Source: an uncultured delta proteobacterium
GTDB lineage: Bacteria; Desulfobacterota; Binatia; JACPRU01
DNA: 64,000 bases
Direction: 5' to 3'
NCBI GenBank assembly: GCA_963745025.1
Contig: CAVUWD010000005.1
Coordinates: 96,001 to 160,000 of the forward strand
Of the stretch, positions 37,525-47,613 are shown piece after piece; position 1 is the stretch's first letter, and every line of letters begins with the position of its first letter. A program made the position numbers and the translations under genes. Below the pieces are notes generated by a model, which made no database searches, was not told the DNA's origin, and saw only the letters and a list, made by a program, of their open reading frames with translations.

Positions 37525-38172
37525 GTGTCCGGCGCAGGCAACGGCAAACGCGAGATCGCGGCGCTCGAGAGGCGCCGCCTCGAGAAACTGCGCTCGCACG
37601 AGCAGCTGCTCGAGCAGGTCGGGATCGGGCCGGTCGCCGGCGTCGACGAGGTCGGGATGGGGCCGCTCGCCGGGCCTGTGGTCGCGGCGGCGGTCATCTT
37701 ACCCGGCGATCCTCTCATCGAGGACCTCGACGACTCGAAGAGCATGACGCGGCCAGCGCGCGAGCGCGTCGAAACCGAGATTCGCCGTGTCGCGGTCGCC
37801 ATCGGCGTCGGTATGGCGACCGTTGCGGAGATCGATTCGCTCAACATCTACCACGCGGGCCTCGTGGCGATGCGCCGAGCGGTGGAGTCGTTGTCGCTCG
37901 CGCCACGCCACGTGTTCGTCGACGCTCGCACCATTCCCGGTCTCGCGGTTCCGCAGACGTCGTTCGTCAAGGGGGACTCGACGGTCTACTCGATCGCCGC
38001 GGCGTCGATCGTCGCCAAGGTGCACCGCGACCGGCTGATGTACGAGCTCGAGCGCGAGTATCCAGGCTACGGCTTCGCCGGCCACGCGGGCTACGCCACT
38101 GCGGAGCATCGCGAAGCGATCCGGCGTCTCGGGCCCTGCGCCGCGCATCGGCGCTCGTTCGCCCTGCTCTAG
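37525..38172 (+). CDS. rnhB: Ribonuclease HII
   Basis: AGVDEVGMGPLAGPVVAAAV, DDSK, KGD, IAAASIVAKV.RD, HRRSF. Start uncertain. Confidence 0.93.
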   Translation: MSGAGNGKREIAALERRRLEKLRSHEQLLEQVGIGPVAGVDEVGMGPLAGPVVAAAVILPGDPLIEDLDDSKSMTRPARERVETEIRRVAVAIGVGMATVAEIDSLNIYHAGLVAMRRAVESLSLAPRHVFVDARTIPGLAVPQTSFVKGDSTVYSIAAASIVAKVHRDRLMYELEREYPGYGFAGHAGYATAEHREAIRRLGPCAAHRRSFALL

Positions 38173-38241
38173 CGAACGTTGCCGCAACGTCCCGGACTCG
38201 CTGTTCCGATCCTGCCCGGACTTCGATATTGTTCCGGGGAA

Positions 38242-38314
38242 GGCTTTCGGCCTTCGGTCTTCGGCTTTCAGCGGGTCGTATCGCGGGTTGCGGAAAGCCG
38301 ACGCCCGATCGCCG
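38242..38314. repeat. Heptamer palindromic element, copy 4
   Basis: ggctttc ggccttc ggtcttc ggctttc ... gaaagcc gacgccc gatcgcc. Confidence 0.6.
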
Positions 38315-38329
38315 CAATCGGAGGTGGCT

Positions 38330-39502
38330 ATGCCCGTGGACGTCGTCATGCCGAAGCTCAGTGATACGATGGAGGAAGGGAAGATCCTCCGTTGGTTGAA
38401 GAAGCCCGGCGACCACGTGGCGGTCGGGGACGTCCTCGCCGAGGTCGAGACCGACAAGGCGGACATGGAGCTCGAGGCCGAGGTCGAAGGCGTGCTGGCG
38501 AAGATCCTCATCGAGGAAGGCGGATCGGCGACGGTCGGACAGGCGATCGCGCTTCTCGGCAACGGCGCAGGGGAGGGGGCGGCGGCGAAGCCCGACCGCA
38601 GCGAGTTTGCCCCGGAGCCGCCCAAGCCGGAAGTCGAAAGCCGCCGACCGACCGTGGCCCGACCGCCGAAGCCCGAACGGCGAGGCCCGCAAGCGATCGT
38701 GCCGCCGAGCCCGGACGCACGGCGCGCGCTCGCGCCCCGACCGCCCGCGCCACGAGCAGAGCGACCGGCGGCCGCGCCCGCGCGCTCTGCGCCGGCGCCG
38801 GCACGGGCCCCCACGCGGAGCGGTCGCGAAGAGCTCTCGAAGATCCGCCGGACCGTCGCCCGGCGCATGGCGGACAGCAAGCGGGAGGTCCCCCACTTCT
38901 ACATGACGGCCGAGATCGACATGAGCGAGTGCGCGCGCTTGAAGGCGAGCCTCGCCGCGATTCGTCCCGACGTGGGCGTGAGCTACACGCACCTCTTGCT
39001 TCGCGCCGTCGCGCTCGCGCTCGGCGAGCACCCGCGGATCAATGCGCGTTTTGCGGCCGAAGACGCCGTCGAGTTCTCTGATGGGATCCACCTCGGCGTT
39101 GCGGTGGCGCTGGACGAGGGCTTGATCGTGCCCGTGCTCCACGACTGCGAATCGAAGGACGTCTTCACGATCGCCGAGGAGGCGCGCGCTCTCGTCGAGC
39201 GGGTGCGCACGGGCAAGGCCGAAGGCGGCGATCTCTCGGGCGGCACCTTCACGGTCTCGAACCTCGGCATGTATCCGATCGAGGAGTTCGCCGCGGTGAT
39301 CAATCCGCCCCAGGCGGCGGTGCTCGCGGTCGGCGCCGTCGCCGAGCGCGCCGTGGTGCGAAGTGGCAAGCTCGCCGCGAGTCCGACGATGCGCGTGACG
39401 CTTTCCTCCGATCATCGTGTGATCGATGGCGCGGAGGCCGCGCAGTTCCTGAAAACGCTGAAGGAGATGCTGGAGGCTCCGCTCCGGCTCGTGCTCCTGT
39501 GA
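38330..39502 (+). CDS. pdhC: Dihydrolipoamide acyltransferase E2 (2-oxoacid dehydrogenase)
   Basis: MPKLSDTMEEG, lipoyl ETDKA, GGTFTVSNLG, SDHRVIDGA; RBS GGAGG. Confidence 0.9.
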   Translation: MPVDVVMPKLSDTMEEGKILRWLKKPGDHVAVGDVLAEVETDKADMELEAEVEGVLAKILIEEGGSATVGQAIALLGNGAGEGAAAKPDRSEFAPEPPKPEVESRRPTVARPPKPERRGPQAIVPPSPDARRALAPRPPAPRAERPAAAPARSAPAPARAPTRSGREELSKIRRTVARRMADSKREVPHFYMTAEIDMSECARLKASLAAIRPDVGVSYTHLLLRAVALALGEHPRINARFAAEDAVEFSDGIHLGVAVALDEGLIVPVLHDCESKDVFTIAEEARALVERVRTGKAEGGDLSGGTFTVSNLGMYPIEEFAAVINPPQAAVLAVGAVAERAVVRSGKLAASPTMRVTLSSDHRVIDGAEAAQFLKTLKEMLEAPLRLVLL

Positions 39503-41094
39503 TGACGCCCGCCGCGACAGAGGGTGCCGAGCGCTCGCTCGAGGTCATCGACCTCGGCCGGCTGGAATACGCGCGCGCGCTCGAGCGCCAGGAGCGCGAG
39601 GTCGAAGCAGTGCACCGGGGCGCCGCGGAAAAACTTCTCCTCGTCGAGCACCCGCCGGTCTACACGATCGGCCGCGGTGGCGACGGGACCAACCTGCGCG
39701 GTGCTCCCGAACGGCTCGGCGTGCCCCTCTTCCGCATCAGTCGAGGCGGCGATGCGACCTTCCACGGGCCGGGACAGATCGTCGCCTATCCGATTCTCTC
39801 GCTCGATCGGGAGGGGCGCGACCTGCATCGCTATCTGCGCCGCCTCGAAGACGTCGTCACCCGCGCGCTCGCGGTCTTCGGCATCGCGGGCGCGCGGATC
39901 GAAGGCCGCACGGGCGTTTGGGTGGGTCGGCGAAAGATCGCTTCGATCGGCATCGGCGTCCGGCGTTGGGTGACCTATCACGGTCTGGCTCTGAACGTCT
40001 CGACGGATCTCGACTACTTCCGAGCGATCGTTCCCTGCGCGATCGACCGCGTCGAGATGACCTCGATCGTCGAGGAGATCGGTCGAGACGTGAGCGTCGC
40101 CGAGGCGCGCGCACGGCTCATCGAGGAGTTCGCCGCCGTGTTCGGGACGACCATTCAGCCGGCGGCGCGGGGCGCCACGCCCAGCCGCGGGCGACGATAC
40201 GCGGCGCGGATCTCCGAGAACGATCCCGGCGTGAGCGGGGATCGCAAGCCGCCGTGGCTCAGAGCCCGCGCTCCCGTCGGCGAGCAGTACTTTCGCACCC
40301 GCCGAATCCTCGGCGAGCTGAACCTCACGACCGTTTGCCAGGAGGCGATCTGCCCGAACATCGGCGAGTGCTGGGCGCACTCGACCGCGACGTTCATGCT
40401 GATGGGCGAGTCGTGCACGCGTAGTTGCGGCTTCTGCGCCGTCAAGCACGGTGCGCCGCAGCGGCTCGATCCGCTTGAGCCCCTGCGCGTCGCGGCTGCC
40501 GTCGCCCGCCTCGGCCTCCGACACGTGGTGGTGACGTCCGTCAATCGCGATGACCTTGCCGACGGCGGCGCGAGCCACTTCGCCGCGTCGGCGCGCGCCA
40601 TCAAGCAGCAGGTACCCGATTGCGCCGTGGAGCTGCTGATCCCCGACTTTCAGGGAGACGAGGGGGCGCTGCGCGTCGTCGTCGATTCGCCGGTCGACGT
40701 GCTCGATCACAATACCGAAACCGTTCCGCGGCTCTATGCGACGGTTCGGCCGGGGTCGCGGTACGAGCGCTCGCTCGAGTTACTCGGTCGGGCAAAGCGC
40801 TTGCGAAGCGACCTGTTGGTGAAGAGCGGCCTGATGGCCGGCCTCGGTGAGACCGACGAGGAGCTCGTGGCGGTGTTCCGGAATTTGCGCGAGGCGGGCT
40901 GCGACATACTGACCCTCGGCCAGTACCTGCGGCCGACGAAGCAGCACCTGCCGGTCCGCCGCTTCGTCAGTCCCGAGGAATTTGCGCGCCTGCGCGAGCG
41001 GGCCCGGGCGATGGGCTTCCATCACGTCGAAGCGGCGCCGCTCGTGCGCTCGAGCTACCACGCGTGGTCGCATGTCGAGCGCGATAAACGATAG
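39502..41094 (+). CDS. lipA: Fused octanoyltransferase LipB - lipoyl synthase LipA
   Basis: EHPPVYTIG, RGGDATFHGPGQ, RKIASIG, HGLALN, IVPC; then KPPWL, CQEAICPNIGEC, CTRSCGFC, GQYL, RSSYHA. Confidence 0.92.
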   Translation: MTPAATEGAERSLEVIDLGRLEYARALERQEREVEAVHRGAAEKLLLVEHPPVYTIGRGGDGTNLRGAPERLGVPLFRISRGGDATFHGPGQIVAYPILSLDREGRDLHRYLRRLEDVVTRALAVFGIAGARIEGRTGVWVGRRKIASIGIGVRRWVTYHGLALNVSTDLDYFRAIVPCAIDRVEMTSIVEEIGRDVSVAEARARLIEEFAAVFGTTIQPAARGATPSRGRRYAARISENDPGVSGDRKPPWLRARAPVGEQYFRTRRILGELNLTTVCQEAICPNIGECWAHSTATFMLMGESCTRSCGFCAVKHGAPQRLDPLEPLRVAAAVARLGLRHVVVTSVNRDDLADGGASHFAASARAIKQQVPDCAVELLIPDFQGDEGALRVVVDSPVDVLDHNTETVPRLYATVRPGSRYERSLELLGRAKRLRSDLLVKSGLMAGLGETDEELVAVFRNLREAGCDILTLGQYLRPTKQHLPVRRFVSPEEFARLRERARAMGFHHVEAAPLVRSSYHAWSHVERDKR

Positions 41095-41292
41095 GCGACT
41101 GGCAAAGCGCCGCGAATCCTTCTGCATCTGCTTACCGATCCCGCGCAGCGCCTCGAAGACACGGTCGGGGTCTTCGAGGCGGGAGACCTGAGCCTCGACG
41201 AGATAACGCGAGTAGTCGCGGGTCATGTTGGTGACGACGGTGACGCTTCCGTTCGGGACGATGTGCACGTCTCCCGACAGATCGCGCAGTCT
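41095..41292 (-). pseudogene. Internal fragment of an MscS (YbiO-like) mechanosensitive channel gene
   Basis: LRDLSGDVHIVPNGSVTVVTNMTRDYSRYLVE...EDPDRVFEAL; no TM region, truncated both ends. Confidence 0.7.
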
Positions 41293-41525
41293 CCGTCTCC
41301 ATGCGCGTCTCGTCCTACGGTGGCTGATCGAGACGTCTGTCAGAAAGTTTCCTCCGCGGCAAAAATGGCCACGGACGCGCCTTGAAAGGTCGTGAGATCG
41401 GAGCCATAAGTCACCGGTCTGTGATGTCGCCGAGCGACCAAGGTGATCCGTCCACCGGGCGGGTCTGGAGATGCTAGCTCCCTGACGCGGGTCCTCCCGG
41501 TCATCGAGCGTTCCCGGGAGGACTG

Positions 41526-42881
41526 TTGGCCACCGCGAAGGTTCGCGCAGAGGTCTTGCGTAAGCTGCTCCGGGCCGGTGCGAAGGCTCGCATCGAGCGG
41601 CTGATCGATCGTCTCCATCCGCCCGACATCGCCGAGATGCTTCCCGAGCTCGGCCCGGGCGAGACGCGTGCGGTCGTCGACATCCTGTTTTCGGCGCAGC
41701 GCGCGGCGCGGACGTTGCGGGAGCTTCCGGCCGAGGTCCTGCGGGGGATCCTCGAGATGCTCGACGACACCGAGATCGAGGGGATGCTCGGTCGGCTACC
41801 TCCCGACGATGCCGTGTTCTTCCTCGAGGTGCTTCCCGAGGAGCGGCGCGTCCGGGTGACCGCGCAGCTCCCCGACGATCGCCGCAGCGAGCTCGAGCGC
41901 CTGCTCGCGTATCCGGAGTCGACCGCGGGCAACCGCATGACGACGCGGTTCCTCGCGGTGTCGCCGTCGACGACGGCGCAAGAAGCGATCGATGCGATCC
42001 GGCGCCATACCGAGGAGGAGGTCGAGCAGGTCTTCTATCTCTACGTCACCGACGAAGACCGACGGCTGCGCGGCGTCGTGCCCATCCGCAAGCTCGTGAC
42101 CTGCCCGCCGACGAAGCCGATCGGCGAGGTGATGATCGAAGACCCGGTCTCCGTTCTGGCGACGGCCGACCAGGAAGAGGTGGCGCAGGTCGTCGGCAAG
42201 TACAGCTTGCTGGCGGTGCCGGTCGTCGACGATGCGCGGCGGCTGCTCGGAGTGATCACGGTCGACGATGTCATCGACGTCATCAAGGAAGAGGCGACCG
42301 AGGACATGTACCGGATGGTCGGTCTGACCGAGGAGGAGCACATCTACACGCCTCTCCCCACGGTCATCCAGCGCCGGCTTCCGTGGATGGTGATCAATCT
42401 GGCCACCGCGTTCCTCGCGGCTTGGGTGGTCGGACTGTTCGAATCATCGATCCACAAGGTGTCGGTTCTCGCGGTATTCATGCCGATCGTCGCTGGCATG
42501 GGGGGAAACGGCGGCACGCAGACCCTGACGGTGATCACACGCGGGATTGCGCTCGGAGAGATCGACCGCGATGCGGGCCTCAGGGCGATGCTCCGGGAGG
42601 GGATCATCGGCACGGCCATCGGCGTGGTCACGGGCCTGCTCACCGCCGTCGGCGCCTACCTCTGGCGCGGTTCTCCCATGCTCGGCGCCGTGCTGCTTCT
42701 CGCCATGATCACCAACATGGTGATCGCGGGCCTCTCGGGCGCGGCGATTCCCTTGCTCCTCAGGGCGTTGCGCCAAGACCCGGCGCTTGGCTCGGGAGTG
42801 ATCGTCACCACGTTCACGGACGTCTGCGGATTTCTCTCGTTTCTCGGTCTCGCAACCCTGCTTCTCCGCTACCTTCACTAG
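41526..42881 (+). CDS. mgtE: Magnesium transporter MgtE
   Basis: HPPDIAE, CBS pair, GVITVDD, RLPW, GMGGNGGTQ, DPA..SG..VTT.TD. Confidence 0.96.
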   Translation: MATAKVRAEVLRKLLRAGAKARIERLIDRLHPPDIAEMLPELGPGETRAVVDILFSAQRAARTLRELPAEVLRGILEMLDDTEIEGMLGRLPPDDAVFFLEVLPEERRVRVTAQLPDDRRSELERLLAYPESTAGNRMTTRFLAVSPSTTAQEAIDAIRRHTEEEVEQVFYLYVTDEDRRLRGVVPIRKLVTCPPTKPIGEVMIEDPVSVLATADQEEVAQVVGKYSLLAVPVVDDARRLLGVITVDDVIDVIKEEATEDMYRMVGLTEEEHIYTPLPTVIQRRLPWMVINLATAFLAAWVVGLFESSIHKVSVLAVFMPIVAGMGGNGGTQTLTVITRGIALGEIDRDAGLRAMLREGIIGTAIGVVTGLLTAVGAYLWRGSPMLGAVLLLAMITNMVIAGLSGAAIPLLLRALRQDPALGSGVIVTTFTDVCGFLSFLGLATLLLRYLH

Positions 42882-42997
42882 TGCTCCCTCGACGGACCGC
42901 AACCGCCTCCGAGAACGGCTCGTGAATTGCGGAAGCGGAGGAAATCCCATAGAAGTCGGCTGCTCATTCGACTGCCTGGAGAGGTGATATAGTGACG

Positions 42998-43615
42998 ATG
43001 AAGCTCTACGACTACCCGCAGTGCCCGTTCGGTCAGAAGGTACGAATCGTGCTGGCCGAGAAGGAGCTGTCCTACGAGTTCGTCAACGTCGATCTCCGTC
43101 GCGGCGAGCAGAAGCGGCCGGAATTCCTCAAGCTGAACCCGTTCGGTAAGGTTCCGGTCCTGATCGACGACGAGGTCGTCGTCTACGATTCCACGATCAT
43201 CAACGAGTACCTCGAAGACGAGTACCCGCACCCGCGGCTGCTGCCCGAAGATTCTCAGGGCCGCGCCCGCGCGCGTTCCCTCGAGGACTACGCCGATCTC
43301 GCCTTCATCTTGCCCGTGGGCGTGCTGATGAACGAAGTGCGCAAAGTCGACGCCGAGCGCGATGCGGAACGCATGCGACGGAGTCGCGAAGAGATCGAGC
43401 GAGCGCTCGCGCACGTGAATTCCATGCTCGGCGAGCAACAGTTTCTGGCAGGAGAGTTCTCCGTCGCCGACGCCGCCTTTGCGCCTCGCATGATGGTGCT
43501 GCGGGCCGTGGGCATCGAGCTGAATCCCCAGTGGGAGCCGCTCAAGCGCTGGATCCACAGGCTGGCGGAGCGGCCGAGTCTGCAGAAGATCGAAGGCCTC
43601 GAAGGCTGGCGGTAG
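42998..43615 (+). CDS. Glutathione S-transferase family protein
   Basis: CPFGQKVRIVLAEK, NPFGKVPVL, DSTIINEYL, FSVAD. Confidence 0.93.
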   Translation: MKLYDYPQCPFGQKVRIVLAEKELSYEFVNVDLRRGEQKRPEFLKLNPFGKVPVLIDDEVVVYDSTIINEYLEDEYPHPRLLPEDSQGRARARSLEDYADLAFILPVGVLMNEVRKVDAERDAERMRRSREEIERALAHVNSMLGEQQFLAGEFSVADAAFAPRMMVLRAVGIELNPQWEPLKRWIHRLAERPSLQKIEGLEGWR

Positions 43616-43641
43616 CCTCGAAGAGGCACTCCTTCTTTGGC

Positions 43642-43685
43642 TTGACAGCCACTTTCTTTAATACTAATAGAAACAATTACTATTA
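43642..43685 (+). promoter_or_regulatory. sigma70 promoter overlapped by a PerR/Fur-type box
   Basis: TTGACA at 43642; palindrome TAATAG-aaacaatta-CTATTA (43665-43685) in an AT-rich patch before rubrerythrin; Fur/PerR gene ends the operon. Confidence 0.75.
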
Positions 43686-43706
43686 TAGATTGGGAGGTCA
43701 AGCGAC

Positions 43707-44129
43707 ATGGCAAAGCTCGAAGGAACCAAGACGCACGGGAATCTGAAGGAGGCATTCGCGGGCGAGTCCCAGGCGAACCGGCGCTATCTCTATTTCGCCC
43801 GTCGCGCCGACATCGAAGGCTATCCGGATATCGGCGGCCTCTTCCGCGACACGTCTGAGGCCGAGACCGGTCATGCCTTCGGTCATCTCGATTTCCTGAA
43901 GGAGGTCGGCGATCCGGTGACCAACGTGCCGATCGGCGACACCGAGAAGAATCTCAAGTCGGCCGTCGAGGGCGAGACCTACGAGTACACGGAGATGTAC
44001 CCGGGCTTCGCCAAGACCGCGCGGCAGGAGGGCTTCCCGGAGGTCGCCGAGTGGTTCGAAACCCTCGCTCGCGCCGAGAAGTCGCACGCGGGACGGTTCG
44101 GGAAGGGGCTGGAGAGTCTCAAGAGCTGA
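43707..44129 (+). CDS. rbr: Short rubrerythrin without rubredoxin domain
   Basis: [40 protein letters not shown]. Confidence 0.95.
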   Translation: MAKLEGTKTHGNLKEAFAGESQANRRYLYFARRADIEGYPDIGGLFRDTSEAETGHAFGHLDFLKEVGDPVTNVPIGDTEKNLKSAVEGETYEYTEMYPGFAKTARQEGFPEVAEWFETLARAEKSHAGRFGKGLESLKS

Positions 44130-44133
44130 AAGA

Positions 44134-44201
44134 GGCTGCCGGCTACCGGCTACCGGAAAGACGTCGAGAAGTCTTTGCCGGAAACCGGTAGCCGGTAGCC
44201 G
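44134..44201. repeat. Heptamer palindromic element, copy 5
   Basis: ggctgcc ggctacc ggctacc ggaaag ... gcc ggaaacc ggtagcc ggtagcc. Confidence 0.75.
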
Positions 44202-44210
44202 TCATTTCGC

Positions 44211-45499
44211 ATGGCCTACAACTTCGATCCCGATTCCCCCAGTTTCTCAATCGCAAAGAAGTCGAGGGTGAACAGCACCGCGTCTTCGACGTTTGTCACG
44301 ATTGCCGGCGCTGCTACAACCTTTGCCCGTCTTTCACTACGCTGCTCGACGGCATCGACGCGGCGATGGAGGGAAAGGACGCGGCGGGCGAGGTGTCGTC
44401 GCTGCTCGAACGGAAGACCGTCGACACGGTGGTCGACCAGTGCTTCCAGTGTAAGCTCTGCGTACCGCATTGTCCGTACACGCCGCCGCACCGTTGGCAG
44501 ATCGATTTTCCGCGCCTGATGCTGCGTTCGAGGGCAGCGCGCGCCAAGACCGAGGGCATGCCGATCGTCGATCGTGTTCTGGCCAATCCCGAGGGTATGG
44601 GACGCCTCGGCACGCTGTCGTCCAAACTTGCCAACCGCGCCAATGGCAACCGTTTTTTCCGCGCGGTCATGGAGAAAACGCTCGGCATCCATCGCGATCG
44701 CAATCTGCCGAATTATGCGCCGCAAACCTTCGAGAAGTGGTTCGCCAAGCGCGGCACCCGCTCGGCGGGGGAGAACGCCAAAGCCGCGCTTTTCTATACG
44801 TGTACGGTGAACTTCAACGAGACCGAGACGGGGAAAGCGGCCGTGCAGGTGCTCGAGCGGAACAACGTCGCCGTCTCGTGTCCTCCCCAGCGATGCTGCG
44901 GCATGCCGGCGCTCGATGGCGGGGACATCGAAGGAGCGCGTTCGCGCGCCAAGGAGAACGTCGCGGCGCTGACGGGTGCGGTGCGCGACGGCTGCGATGT
45001 TGTCGTCCCCGGTCCGACCTGCAGCTACATGTTGAAGAAGGAGTACCCACTGCTGGTGAAGACTGCTGAGGCCGAGGAGGTGGCTCAGCATACCTACGAT
45101 CTCTGCGAGTATCTGATGAAGCTTCACAAGGCGGGGAAGCTCGACACGGGCTTCACGACCGGCGCGGGACGCGTCGCCTATCACGTGCCGTGCCACCTGC
45201 GCGTTCAGAACATCGGCTTCAAGTCGCGCGACCTCTTGCGACTCCTTCCCGACACGCAGATCGAGCTGATCGAGAGCTGCTCGGGCGTCGACGGCACCTG
45301 GGGCTTCAAGAAGGACTACTTCGATCTCTCCCTCAAAGTGGCACGAGGCTTGTTTCGCGGCATCGAGAACGCGGAGGCGGCAACGGTGGCGACCGACTGT
45401 CCGCTCGCCGGCCTGCAGATCGAGCGGAAGACGGGGAAGAAGCCCGAGCATCCGATCGAGATCGTGCGGCGAGGTTACGGCCTGGCGCCGGAGCGCTGA
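44211..45499 (+). CDS. Rubrerythrin-associated Fe-S oxidoreductase (GlpC/HdrD-like, CCG domains); frameshift in a C-run about 44240
   Basis: CHDCRRCYNLCP, CFQCKLC..HCPYTPPH, CCGMP, HVPCH, CSG.DG, TDCPLA. Confidence 0.88.
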
Positions 45500-45504
45500 C
45501 GGCG

Positions 45505-46089
45505 ATGGTCCGCCCGGTCACGTTGAACGACGTCGTCGGTCTCGAACGCTACGAGAGCATGCGCGACGAGCTTCGCCGGCGCATCATCGAGATCAAGAAA
45601 CACCGCCGCGTGAGCGTCGGCGACCGCATCACGCTCGTGTTCGAAAACCACCAGACCGTGCTCTTCCAGATCCAGGAGATGATCCGCGCCGAGCGCATCG
45701 TGGATCTCGACCGCGTGCGCGACGAGATCGACGTGTACAACGAGCTGATCCCCGGCCCCGGAGAGCTCTCCGCCACGCTGCTGATCGAGCTCCAGGACTC
45801 CACCCGGGTTCGTGAGGAGCTGCCGAAGTTCTACGGCCTCGACGAGGCGACTCGGCTCGAGCTCGACGGTGCGCGGGTTGACGGCGTCTTCGAAGGCGGC
45901 CGTGCGCGCGAAGACAAGGTGAGCGCCGTTCAGTACGTTCGCTTTGCCCTCGGCGACAAGGCGCCGCTCGTCTCGGCGGCAAAGGAAGTGCGCTTGGTGA
46001 TCGATCACCCGAATTACCGCGCGAGCGAGACGCTCTCCGCGGACGTGCGCCGGTCGCTCGCCGAGGACCTGCGCGAGCCGAGCCCATGA
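45505..46089 (+). CDS. DUF3501 family protein
   Basis: [51 protein letters not shown]. Confidence 0.88.
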   Translation: MVRPVTLNDVVGLERYESMRDELRRRIIEIKKHRRVSVGDRITLVFENHQTVLFQIQEMIRAERIVDLDRVRDEIDVYNELIPGPGELSATLLIELQDSTRVREELPKFYGLDEATRLELDGARVDGVFEGGRAREDKVSAVQYVRFALGDKAPLVSAAKEVRLVIDHPNYRASETLSADVRRSLAEDLREPSP

Positions 46090-46499
46090 AGCAGATTACG
46101 CGCGTCACCCGGCAGAAGGAGGCGATCCTACGCGCCGCGCTCGCCTCGGGCGACCATCCGACCGCCGACACGATCTACGCCACGGTGCGCCGCGAGTTGC
46201 CGCGGATCAGCCTCGGCACGGTTTACCGCAACCTCCAGCGCATGGTCGCCGAGGGCCGCATGTCGCTGGCTCCGGTCCAGGACGATTCGGGACGGAGCGC
46301 CCGCTTCGATCCCGAGACGCGCCCGCACGACCACTTCGTCTGCCAGGGGTGCAAGCGGATCTACGACGTGGCGCGCGATCGGACGGCCGCGGTCGATCTC
46401 GGAGCCCTCGAGCGGAAGGGCTTCCAGGTGACCTCGCACACCCTCGCCGTCTACGGCCTCTGTCCGCGGTGCGCTTCGGCGCGCCGGAGAACGAGGTGA
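46086..46499 (+). CDS. perR: Fur-family repressor, probably PerR
   Basis: TRQKEAI, HPTAD, ISLGTVYRNL, HDHFVCQGC, GLCPRC. Confidence 0.85.
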   Translation: MKQITRVTRQKEAILRAALASGDHPTADTIYATVRRELPRISLGTVYRNLQRMVAEGRMSLAPVQDDSGRSARFDPETRPHDHFVCQGCKRIYDVARDRTAAVDLGALERKGFQVTSHTLAVYGLCPRCASARRRTR

Positions 46500-46673
46500 G
46501 TGCGCGAGCGCTAGCTCGGCAGGATGTTGCATCCCCATTGATCGCGCCCAACGGGAGCGATCCGTGGCGCACGCTCCTGGCCTCGAAGCGAAAATAATTT
46601 CAGCCAAGAAGCGTACCGAGCCCGCACCCGACTGGGACGCGTCGCGAGCGCCAGATGAGTCGCGGAGCCGGCT

Positions 46674-47489
46674 TTGGAGGCGCGAGACGTGACTGGGAAG
46701 AAGCTCGTGGTGGCCAAGTCGGATGCGAGCTCGAGGGGTCCAAGTATTTTCCCTTCGAGGTTAGCGCTCGCCTCGCTCCTGCTGCTCGCCGCCTGCTCTC
46801 ATCCGGACACCGGCCCACCCGCGCGCGCTCCGGCGACGCCGCTTGATCCGGAGACGGCCGGGACGATCGAAGGCAGAGTAACCTACCTCGGCACGCCGCC
46901 ATCGGCGGCCGAGATCGAGTTCGCCGGCGACCCTGCCTGCACCGCGGTGCACCCGGCCAAGGCCGACGCCGGCGACGTTCTCGTTCGCGACGGTCGCGTC
47001 GAGAACGCCTTCGTTTACATCGAGAGGGGGCTCGAGGGCCGCGTCTTCGAGCGGCCGAAGGAGCCTTCCCGAATCGATCAGCGCGGCTGTCTCTACGCCC
47101 CACGGGTCACCGGCGCCGAGACCGGTCAGTCGATCGAGTTCCTCAACAGCGACCCGACGCTGCACAACGTGCACACGCAGCCCGAGCGTTCCTCGGGTAC
47201 GAATTTCGGGATGGCAGTGCAAGGCGCCCGGCGTTCGATCCACATCGACGAGCCCGAAGTCATGGTCCGCGTGCGCTGCGACGTGCATCCGTGGATGCGC
47301 GCCTACGTCGGCGTCCTCGATCACCCGTACTTCACCGTCACGGGGAAAGATGGAGCGTTCCGCCTTGGGAACGTCCCGGCAGGCGAGTACACGGTGGCCG
47401 TCTGGCACGAGCGGTTCGGGAGGCGGGACGCAAGAGTTATCGTCCGCGCCCAGCACACGACTAGCGCCGAGTTCCGCTTCGGCGGCTGA
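46674..47489 (+). CDS. Lipoprotein with cupredoxin-like and carboxypeptidase-regulatory-like domains
   Basis: Lipobox LAAC; DQRGC.Y.P, NSDPTLHNVH, CDVHPWM, HPYF..T..DG.F, WHE. Start may be later. Confidence 0.8.
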   Translation: MEARDVTGKKLVVAKSDASSRGPSIFPSRLALASLLLLAACSHPDTGPPARAPATPLDPETAGTIEGRVTYLGTPPSAAEIEFAGDPACTAVHPAKADAGDVLVRDGRVENAFVYIERGLEGRVFERPKEPSRIDQRGCLYAPRVTGAETGQSIEFLNSDPTLHNVHTQPERSSGTNFGMAVQGARRSIHIDEPEVMVRVRCDVHPWMRAYVGVLDHPYFTVTGKDGAFRLGNVPAGEYTVAVWHERFGRRDARVIVRAQHTTSAEFRFGG

Positions 47490-47613
47490 GACCTCTTCGT
47501 TCCGACTGTATCCGGCTCGAACGTTCGCTAGTCTAGTGCCTCGTACGAACTTGACTGGAGCAAGGACCGCCGTTCAAGGCAGCCAACCGTGAAGAGACGT
47601 TGGGCGCGCTGCA

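Noticed and set aside
41310-41490. Possible M-box (ykoK) riboswitch upstream of mgtE
   Set aside because: Only scattered short resemblances (CAAAAATG, AAGGTGAT); the conserved 5-prime GGTGAGGCT and stem order were not found. An Infernal search with RF00380 would settle it.
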